Origin: Oscillospiraceae bacterium
GTDB lineage: Bacteria > Bacillota > Clostridia > Oscillospirales > UBA644
Length of the DNA: 64,000 nucleotides
Direction of reading: 5' to 3'
NCBI GenBank assembly: GCA_015067305.1
Contig: SVMT01000006.1
Location: 18,751-82,750, forward strand
A program made the translations under genes and the position numbers. The notes below the pieces were generated by a model. That model was not told the origin of the DNA. It did no database searches and worked only from the letters and a program-made list of their open reading frames with translations. Below, piece after piece: positions 54,810 to 62,176 of this stretch. Position 1 is the first letter of the stretch. The number at the start of each line of letters is the position of its first letter.

Positions 54810-55037
54810 GGGGGAAACCCTCTTTTCGCGTGAAAAGAGAGTTTCCCCCATACCCCTTTCCGAGAAAAGCGATACAGGGGCTTTATCAAAAAAGACTAAA
54901 AGCTAACGCAAATTCAGATCATGTATTATTGGCGTTAGCTATTGATCCTTTACCGTTTATTTTTTGTACGAAGTACAGTTAAAGTTTTTTTGGAAAGGGT
55001 ACGGGAAAACCAATTTTTACAAAAAATGGTTTTCCCG
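54810..55037 (+). repeat. Structured intergenic module, copy C (cleanest)
   Basis: HP1 at 54810-54849. 5' arm at 54851-54870. AGCTAACGC / GCGTTAGCT at 54901-54940. GTACgaaGTAC at 54966-54976. 3' arm at 54981-55001. HP2 at 55002-55037. Confidence 0.7.
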
Positions 55038-55058
55038 TAATTTTAATATTAAATTACA

Positions 55059-56483
55059 TTAGTCGTTATAGCCGGGGAAGAGGTGTTCCATTGTTTCTTT
55101 AACAGGAATGAATTCTTCTTCGAGTACGGACTGTATCAAAGATGCGTATTTTTCAAGAACTGCAGAAACTTCGCTTTTATTAAGTTCTTCGGAAATATGG
55201 TAGTTCAAATCGCTTGCTCTTGGTGCCTGAGGTAATACTCTGAGAGATTCCGCCAATTTGAAGATGATCTCTGTATCTCTTTCATCGAAGAAGATAGAAG
55301 TGTTGTAAATATCTTTCAGAGCATCTGTTGTTTCGTAGCCTTCAAATGGTTCGTAGATCTCGCTGATCGCATGTGCTACTGCTTCGGCATGGTTTGTGAA
55401 AGATGTAATGAAGATCGCTTCTACGTTTCTTTCATACTGACCGAAAATTGACTGACCGTCAGGTGAGGGGAAGGGGAGTACGCCGTATTCATAGCCTACA
55501 GATACGATTCCCGAATTGGGGTCTGTAAGGGATACTGTATGCATTGTGCTGATTGCGATCTCGGATTTTTCCCAAAGAGTTGACTGATCTCCGACACTTG
55601 CAAGATATATATTATCACTGAGAGCTCCTGTCTGGAAATCTCTGAGTTTCTGAGCTGCCTGTCTGCCTTCTGCTGTGAGACATCCTGCGACCCAAACACC
55701 ATTAACATCTTTTACTGCGCTGTCAGTGCCGTAGTACTGCATGAGCAACTCATAAAGATGTCTTTCGTTTGCGGAATAACCGTAAACAGTCTTATTTTCA
55801 GTAATATTAGAATAAACAGGAATGAGTTCTTCAAGTTTTTCAAGTGTCCAAACACCGTTTTCAAAGAAATCTCTCGGGTCTTCCTGATTGATGGATTTTA
55901 TGTAATCAATATTGGGAACGAGAATAAAGTCAGAGCTTGCGAACTGAAGTTCGGGCCAATAGTTAGGAATAACACCGTAGATCTCATTGTCCCATGCGAA
56001 CATTTCAAGTCTTTCGGGAGCACCCCATTTTGCACTGTCGTAAATGTCGATGTATTGGGAAACCGCAGACATCGGAGTAAGAGCAAGTTTAAGGTCTCTC
56101 ATTGAAAAATCTTCGTATCCCATGCCGATACTTGCGTCAAGTTTGCCGCCACCGGATGCAAGAAGGAAGATAACGTCATTCAGGAATCCTTCAGGACATT
56201 CTTTGGAAAGCTCGATGTTGATATCGAGTTTTTTCTCAACTTCTTCTAATCTTGCTCTTGCCATATCAGCAAAGTTTGTGTTCTGCGTATAGCCGAGCCA
56301 TGTTGTTGCTGTGTCGTCTTTTTCAGTCGGTCCCATTGATGCTTTAAAATAAAGTGTCAGACCGTCGTAAGTTCCACCTTTATCGTTTTCATTAATAAAG
56401 CTCATAAGTTGTGGAGCTTCGGAGCAAGCCGTGATAAACAGTATACCCGCCAACAATAAAAGCGAGATGATTCTCTTTGCCAT
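55059..56483 (-). CDS. Lipoprotein, extracellular solute-binding-protein-like (paralog 3, divergent)
   Basis: Lipobox ITAC. Shares YGVLPFPSPDG...AVAHAISEIYEPFEGY and the overall layout with 18196..19641 and 19872..21293. The ATG at 56483 has a GAGGA SD. Confidence 0.6.
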   Translation of the reverse strand: MAKRIISLLLLAGILFITACSEAPQLMSFINENDKGGTYDGLTLYFKASMGPTEKDDTATTWLGYTQNTNFADMARARLEEVEKKLDINIELSKECPEGFLNDVIFLLASGGGKLDASIGMGYEDFSMRDLKLALTPMSAVSQYIDIYDSAKWGAPERLEMFAWDNEIYGVIPNYWPELQFASSDFILVPNIDYIKSINQEDPRDFFENGVWTLEKLEELIPVYSNITENKTVYGYSANERHLYELLMQYYGTDSAVKDVNGVWVAGCLTAEGRQAAQKLRDFQTGALSDNIYLASVGDQSTLWEKSEIAISTMHTVSLTDPNSGIVSVGYEYGVLPFPSPDGQSIFGQYERNVEAIFITSFTNHAEAVAHAISEIYEPFEGYETTDALKDIYNTSIFFDERDTEIIFKLAESLRVLPQAPRASDLNYHISEELNKSEVSAVLEKYASLIQSVLEEEFIPVKETMEHLFPGYND

Positions 56484-56533
56484 GATAAATATCCTCATTT
56501 CTTTTTTGTTTGAAACTATTGGTTGCTACATAT

Positions 56534-56562
56534 ATTATAGCACAATTAAACTCTTCTGTCTA
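56534..56562 (-). promoter_or_regulatory. Promoter of SBP-like lipoprotein paralog 3
   Basis: On the minus strand: TAGACA, 17 nt, then TGcTATAAT. Confidence 0.5.
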
Positions 56563-56606
56563 TCCCCTCGTTTATGAAGTTTTTGTAAACTTTAGGGACG
56601 TGTATA

Positions 56607-58655
56607 TTAAACTCTTTCTTCGCTCATTTCAAAGATAAGTTCGCCGCCGTTCATCATATCGGTAACGGAAATTTCAAAATCCTCAAGGGCTTTTCCGTTG
56701 AAAGTTACTTTCTTGGTGTAAATGCCTTTGCCTTTACGCTTGATGACGAGGTCAGCTTTCGGCAGATGCATTGTAGCTTCTTCAAATCTTGGTGTGCCGC
56801 AGATCATTGTGTTGAAACCGCTGACAGGGAACAATCCGAGAACATTCCAGATATAGCAAGAAGAAAGACCGCCGCTGTCGTTGTTTCCGGGGATACCGCC
56901 GCTGCCTGTGGTGAACATATATTCCACGCCTGCAGTGATTACTTCGCAGTACATATTTCTGTCAACATAGTGACAGAACGCAGGTGCTTCCATATCGGAC
57001 TCATTGTTGTATCCCTCAAATCTGTTGGAAACATCGTCGGGATTTGTGTAGCCGAAGAATTTTTCAAGCATATCCTTGTAGAATTCTTTACCGTATTCCT
57101 CAATTCTTTCTTTACATTCGGGTGTGGGACGGAAGGAGTAGTTAAAGTGTGAACCCTCGTAGTAGCTTGCATTTGCCTTGATAAGTCCGTTTTCGTAAAC
57201 GCCTTTGTACATATTTGCAAGTTCAAGGTATTCTTTTGCTTTTTCAGGCAGACCGAAATCAGTTGCCATGTTGGAAAGAATTCTGAATGCACCTGTCATG
57301 TCAACCACAGCTGCTGCTCTGGGAATACCGATGTGACAGTTGCGGACTTCGTTTTCGTATTTCTTGCAGTCTTCGGAAGCAAGTTCGAAAAGCTTTTTGT
57401 AATCTGCGTCAATACTTCTGTAGTAAGCGTCGCCGATGACATGTTCAGCCAAGAGGCAAGCCTGATCTTTGCAAGTAGTAAGGTCGCTGGAGACCATATA
57501 GCAGTGCGGGAAATCTCCCGTAACTTCATAAAACCTACTGAATGACTCCATGATCTTTTTACCCATTTCAGGGTAAAGTGTCAGAACGAGGGGAAGCTGA
57601 GTTTTGTAGATATCCCACATTGTGGAGAAGTCAAGAATATTTGCGTTTGGTTCTTTGCCCTCTTCGTCATAACCTTCAAGGAAACAATCTCCTGTAAAGT
57701 CCGCTGGCTTTACAAGACTATGGTAGAGGTTTGAGTAGAAGATCTCTTCGTCTTCTTTGCTGTCTGTTTTGATTTCGATCTTTGAAAGATATTTGTTCCA
57801 TTCAGCGGACGCATTTTCTTTCATTTCATCGAAAGAAGACGTCTCGTTTTCGGAAAGTTTAACGGCACGATCCATATTCTTGTTTGAAGCTGAAAGCTTG
57901 AGGATCTTTACACCTGCGTCCTTGAACGTAAATGTACCGATGATGGGATCGTGGGAGAATTCCGTTTTTTCCATAACCTCGCCGCAGTTGCCTTCTTTGT
58001 CGTAAACGCAGGAACCATCAGCATCTTCGCATTTCACAACGAAATACCACTTGACATTTCTGATTATCATTTCTGCGCGGATCTCATTTTTGCTTACCGC
58101 TTTAACTTTACCTTTCGTAACTTCTTTGGGATCGGGTTGATAAAGACCATCGTGACCGAAATCTATGGAAATATTGGAATCTGGTCTGTCAAATGTATAT
58201 CTGTGGAGGACTGCCTTATCGGAAACCGTCGTTTCGCAAAGGATATCTTCCGTTTTTACTGAATAATAACCAGGTTCGGCTTTTTCTCCGAGGACTTTTC
58301 TTTCAGCCCAAAAAGGCGTTTTTCCGTAAGCGGGGGAGGTAAGGGCGTAATTGTAGTAAACGCCGATGGTCCCTGTACCACTTTGATGGAAATGAGCCAT
58401 TCCGAAGAATTTCAGTTCATCATGGAGATACTGGCATGGCGGTTCGCAGGAAACTCTATTGATGCCGTAGCCTGTGGGATATCCCTTTGTGTGCAAACAA
58501 CAGGAATATTTACCGAAAGGAAGCTGTGCTCCGGGATGAGTGTTGCCTGTAACAGCTTTTATAAAATACCAAGCAGCGGCAATTCCTTTGGGTTCAGGCA
58601 ATTTTGTAGCGCCGTTGCCCTGAAATACATTTACATGTGTTGTATAATCTTTCAT
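56607..58655 (-). CDS. GH92-like alpha-mannosidase (cytoplasmic, short form)
   Basis: VNVFQGNG...GNTHPGAQLPFGK, FGMAHFHQSGTG and GNNDSGGLSSCYIWNVLGLFPV match conserved GH92 blocks. No signal peptide. Confidence 0.75.
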   Translation of the reverse strand: MKDYTTHVNVFQGNGATKLPEPKGIAAAWYFIKAVTGNTHPGAQLPFGKYSCCLHTKGYPTGYGINRVSCEPPCQYLHDELKFFGMAHFHQSGTGTIGVYYNYALTSPAYGKTPFWAERKVLGEKAEPGYYSVKTEDILCETTVSDKAVLHRYTFDRPDSNISIDFGHDGLYQPDPKEVTKGKVKAVSKNEIRAEMIIRNVKWYFVVKCEDADGSCVYDKEGNCGEVMEKTEFSHDPIIGTFTFKDAGVKILKLSASNKNMDRAVKLSENETSSFDEMKENASAEWNKYLSKIEIKTDSKEDEEIFYSNLYHSLVKPADFTGDCFLEGYDEEGKEPNANILDFSTMWDIYKTQLPLVLTLYPEMGKKIMESFSRFYEVTGDFPHCYMVSSDLTTCKDQACLLAEHVIGDAYYRSIDADYKKLFELASEDCKKYENEVRNCHIGIPRAAAVVDMTGAFRILSNMATDFGLPEKAKEYLELANMYKGVYENGLIKANASYYEGSHFNYSFRPTPECKERIEEYGKEFYKDMLEKFFGYTNPDDVSNRFEGYNNESDMEAPAFCHYVDRNMYCEVITAGVEYMFTTGSGGIPGNNDSGGLSSCYIWNVLGLFPVSGFNTMICGTPRFEEATMHLPKADLVIKRKGKGIYTKKVTFNGKALEDFEISVTDMMNGGELIFEMSEERV

Positions 58656-58679
58656 TGATTTTACTCCTTTATTATAAGG

Positions 58680-60338
58680 TTAATTTTCTTTATCCTTTTG
58701 TTCGGAATACTTATTCCATACTTTTCTTATTTCAGCCCAGTCCTCGTCGGTGAATTTGAATTCCCTTGAATCTCCGATCATGTAAATATCGGGAACGCCG
58801 AGTTCGACTGCTCTGAGGTAATACTCTTTAGCCTCTCTGTAATTTGAACGGTTTGAAGAGTCTGTATCTATAAGAGCGTCGGGCATTGCGGCGTGGAACA
58901 TTTCACAGCGGTATTTCATAACGGGCATCATGGAACGCATACTGTCGCGGTAGTCGTGGATCCTTACCTGATCTGTGATTTCCGCAAAATACGGGTGTGA
59001 ACAGCTGTTGTTTATGAGAGCATCGGGTTTTGCCGCTTTTGCCGCATCGTAAAAAAGTTTCATCATTCGTTTTACAAGTTCGATACCGTAAACCTTTTTC
59101 TCGTAGGTTCTCAGCTCTTTTGTCATGAAGATGCAGTTGACAAAATCAAGCTTGAACCCGTCACAGTTGAAACAGCCTTCGTCTGCGGAAAGTAATTTAT
59201 GAACAGTTTCACGTAGACGCTTCTGATATTTTGGGTTTGTGGGGTCTGCGGCATAGGGTTGCTGTTCGAGAGTTATACATTCGTCTGCATCAAGCCCTTC
59301 GGCATTCCAGACTTTTACCCAAAGCATAACTTTTCTGCCCTTTGCGTGCTGTGCGTCAACAAAAGCTCTCATATCCGGCCATTTTTTTGGGTCGGGGAGA
59401 AGTTCACCGTATTTACCCTGCCACTTGTCGTCGATTATCATTGCCGTCGGATGCAAGTCAAGCTCATCAAGTCTGTCGCTCAATTTGCTGTAAAATTCTT
59501 GATGTGCGAAATTCAACTCGTTAATTTTCATTTTAGCGCCGGTTTCGACTTGGTCACCCCAACCGCAATATAGAGGACCTTTCCACCAGCGTTCTTTCTT
59601 TTCGGGACCTTTGTTGCAGAATCCGTGGTCGTAGTTGAAATCCGCATATTTTTTTACTGTATCTGTGTCGGATGTTCCGAAACTTCCCCAAATTCCTTGA
59701 CTTTCCCATTTGCCGTTGACTTCCGTTTTGCCGTCAAGAGCGATTTCAAAATGACAGCGGTTGTTGTGGTTTTTATAAAGGAATCTGTTGAAATTGTATT
59801 GACCTTCACGGGCGATTAGTCCGATTCCCGTCCAGCCTTTCAGTCCAACTGTCCAAAAGGGATAAATAAATGGTGGGGGAGTCATAAATCCCATGCCGAT
59901 ATTGCAGTCAGAATTTATAAAACGAGTCATTCTTTCTCTGTCAAAATTTGCCGCCTCCGGAAGGGCATAGCCTGCGGCTTCATATTTTGCGCCGGGATAT
60001 TCGCTGTCTGGCGCACCCATGAAAAACTGTATTGAATCAGGATTTCCGTTTCCCTCAACAGAAATTCTGAAATAGAATCCATCGTTATATATATCTAATA
60101 TGTATGTTTTTTTGTGCCAAAGTTCGCTTGCGGCTATCCATTCAACGTGAAGCTCTCCGTCGTTTTCAGAAAAAACAGGCTCGCTGAGGAAAATATCCTT
60201 GTCGGAGTTTCCGTTTGCGGGTATCCTGCATTGAACAGGGAATGAAAATACGGTCAGATCTTCCTGAACCATATCAAAGTGGTCGCCGAACACGCATACC
60301 TTGTTTGGACCAATACTGAATTCTTTGATTGTACTCAT
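58680..60338 (-). CDS. TIM-barrel glycoside hydrolase, GH31/clan-D-like
   Basis: IIDDKWQ and DGFKLDF motifs with an N-terminal beta-sandwich-like region. Family assignment is uncertain. Confidence 0.45.
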   Translation of the reverse strand: MSTIKEFSIGPNKVCVFGDHFDMVQEDLTVFSFPVQCRIPANGNSDKDIFLSEPVFSENDGELHVEWIAASELWHKKTYILDIYNDGFYFRISVEGNGNPDSIQFFMGAPDSEYPGAKYEAAGYALPEAANFDRERMTRFINSDCNIGMGFMTPPPFIYPFWTVGLKGWTGIGLIAREGQYNFNRFLYKNHNNRCHFEIALDGKTEVNGKWESQGIWGSFGTSDTDTVKKYADFNYDHGFCNKGPEKKERWWKGPLYCGWGDQVETGAKMKINELNFAHQEFYSKLSDRLDELDLHPTAMIIDDKWQGKYGELLPDPKKWPDMRAFVDAQHAKGRKVMLWVKVWNAEGLDADECITLEQQPYAADPTNPKYQKRLRETVHKLLSADEGCFNCDGFKLDFVNCIFMTKELRTYEKKVYGIELVKRMMKLFYDAAKAAKPDALINNSCSHPYFAEITDQVRIHDYRDSMRSMMPVMKYRCEMFHAAMPDALIDTDSSNRSNYREAKEYYLRAVELGVPDIYMIGDSREFKFTDEDWAEIRKVWNKYSEQKDKEN

Positions 60339-60360
60339 ACAAAATTCCTTTCGTTTTATA

Positions 60361-61368
60361 CTACAGCAAACTTATAAGTGCATCTATTTGTTCTTCCGTG
60401 GTCAGATGAGTTGTAACAAGGCGGATGATCTCTTTGTCTTCTTCCCAATAGTGGAGTGAATATTTCTCCGTTATTTTTGCTACAGTCTCGTGGTCGATAA
60501 TGCAGAAAAGCAAGTTTGATTCCACTTTATAAGCGGTTTTGATACCTTTTTCAAGAAGTTTTTTCTCCAGAAGCTTCGCCATATCCGTGGCAATTTTGCC
60601 GTTTTTGAACCAAAGACCGTCTTTCAGAAGTTCAATAAGCTGAACACTGAGGAATTTTGATTTTGAAAGATGCTGGAGAGACTGCTTTTGAGAATATACC
60701 AGGTTCTTGGAAAACTCTTTTCTTCTGAAAATGACCATTTCTCCGAACATTGCACCTGCTTTCGTTCCGCCGAAAGTGAATGCGTCAATGTCGGGGTATT
60801 CGATCATGGTTTTTATGTCGGTGTTCAAAGCGGCTATTGCTGTAAAAAGTCTTGCACCGTCAAGGTAAACATACATTCCGTTTGAGTGTGCATAATCGCA
60901 GATATCTTTCAATTCATCGGGAGTGTAGACTGTTCCCAGTTCAGTAGGTTGTGCAAGAGTTATAACTTTGGGAATATATTTGTGATTGATGTGTATTTTC
61001 AGCAGATCTTTGATAAGGTCAACTGTTATTTTTCCGTCGGGACTGGGAATTGTCAAGATCTTGTTTCCCAAATTGTATTCAAAAGCTCCCGCTTCATAGT
61101 TGTCGATGTGGGTCTGTTCCGTGCAGAGGACGCTGTCCCAACGGTCAAGCATGGCTTTCAGCGCTATAATGTTTGCGGCTGTTCCGTTCATTGCAAAGGT
61201 CGTATAAATTTCGTCCTTGAAATTTTTCTGCATCAGCTCCGTAGCTTTTGCGGCGTATGATTCGACGCTGTAACCTCCGTCAACAGGTTCGGAATTGGCT
61301 TTTATCATTGCATTTAAAATATCTTCGTGGGTGTTTATCCACACTTCTCCTCTGAAATCGTTTAACAT
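60361..61368 (-). CDS. Threonine aldolase / beta-eliminating lyase family PLP enzyme
   Basis: NGTAANIIALKA and FGGTKAGAMFGE (PLP lysine) motifs; 335 aa. Confidence 0.7.
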   Translation of the reverse strand: MLNDFRGEVWINTHEDILNAMIKANSEPVDGGYSVESYAAKATELMQKNFKDEIYTTFAMNGTAANIIALKAMLDRWDSVLCTEQTHIDNYEAGAFEYNLGNKILTIPSPDGKITVDLIKDLLKIHINHKYIPKVITLAQPTELGTVYTPDELKDICDYAHSNGMYVYLDGARLFTAIAALNTDIKTMIEYPDIDAFTFGGTKAGAMFGEMVIFRRKEFSKNLVYSQKQSLQHLSKSKFLSVQLIELLKDGLWFKNGKIATDMAKLLEKKLLEKGIKTAYKVESNLLFCIIDHETVAKITEKYSLHYWEEDKEIIRLVTTHLTTEEQIDALISLL

Positions 61369-61382
61369 TTTTTATCTCCTTT

Positions 61383-61748
61383 TTAATTGTCCATGGGGCA
61401 TACTATCGCCATAAGTGTTTCTATCGCATCATGTAGCATTTTGGTCTGTTCTGTTTCCGCCGCTTTGTAATAGACTTCTTTGCCTTCTCTTCGACTGACG
61501 ATAAGTCCTGATGTCTTCAGTATTTTTAGATGGTGTGAGATCGCAGGGCTGGACATTTCCATCATTGCGGAAAGATTTATTACGCAGTCTTCGCAATGGC
61601 AAAGTATCCAGAATATTTTAAGTCTGTTTTTATCTCCGAGTTGACCAAAAATATCGGAAACTGTTTCAAAGTCTTTGTCTTGCGGCAGTTTTTCAAAAAC
61701 TTCCAGTGTTTTATTCCCGTGGTTGTGGGGCAGTTCGCCGTGTGTCAA
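61383..61748 (-). CDS. ArsR/SmtB-family metalloregulator (CadC-like)
   Basis: CHCEDCVINLSAMMEMSSPAISHHLKILKTSGLI is an HTH with an alpha3-type Cys/His cluster. TTG start with an AAGAGG SD. Divergent from the HMA/ATPase genes. Confidence 0.85.
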   Translation of the reverse strand: MTHGELPHNHGNKTLEVFEKLPQDKDFETVSDIFGQLGDKNRLKIFWILCHCEDCVINLSAMMEMSSPAISHHLKILKTSGLIVSRREGKEVYYKAAETEQTKMLHDAIETLMAIVCPMDN

Positions 61749-61775
61749 AAAGAAACGCCTCTTTCATTTTTAATA

Positions 61776-61785
61776 TAGATATCTA
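61776..61785. promoter_or_regulatory. Palindrome downstream of the arsR-side -10 element
   Basis: TAGATATCTA sits within the near-palindrome ATATAGATATCTACATAT. The minus-strand TGcTATAAT lies at 61792-61797. Confidence 0.35.
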
Positions 61786-61870
61786 CATATAATTATAGCA
61801 CAAATCTGTACGTAAATAAAGTGCCGAAGTTTGAAATTTTATGAAACTTGAAAATGGTTTCTTTTTTCTA

Positions 61871-61899
61871 TTGACAAAATAAATAAATTGTGCTATAAT
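61871..61899 (+). promoter_or_regulatory. Promoter of the HMA / P-type ATPase operon
   Basis: TTGACA (61871-61876), 17 nt, then TGcTATAAT (61894-61899). Confidence 0.7.
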
Positions 61900-61923
61900 A
61901 CGATTAAACAATTATTTAATCGT
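61900..61923. promoter_or_regulatory. Candidate ArsR/CadC operator
   Basis: Perfect inverted repeat ACGATTAAA-caatta-TTTAATCGT starting at the base after the -10 hexamer. Confidence 0.6.
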
Positions 61924-61945
61924 TTAATCAATGGAGGGATTTGTT

Positions 61946-62164
61946 ATGAACAAAATTTATAAAATCGAAGTGGATTGCGCAAACTGTGCCGCAAAAATGG
62001 AGGCTGCCGCAAATAAAATTGAAGGTATTAAAAAAGCTTCCGTGAACTTCATGGCTTTGAAAATGAATGTGGAATTTGAAGAGGGCTCAGAAGTTAAAAA
62101 GGTTATGGCTGAAGTCCTTAAGGCTTGCAGAAAAATTGAGCCCGATTGCGAGATCTTCTTTTAA
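61946..62164 (+). CDS. Heavy-metal-associated (HMA) domain protein
   Basis: 72 aa with VDCANCAAKME (CxxC) and a ferredoxin-like fold pattern. GGAGGGA as SD. Confidence 0.8.
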   Translation: MNKIYKIEVDCANCAAKMEAAANKIEGIKKASVNFMALKMNVEFEEGSEVKKVMAEVLKACRKIEPDCEIFF

Positions 62165-62176
62165 AAGGATAAAAGT

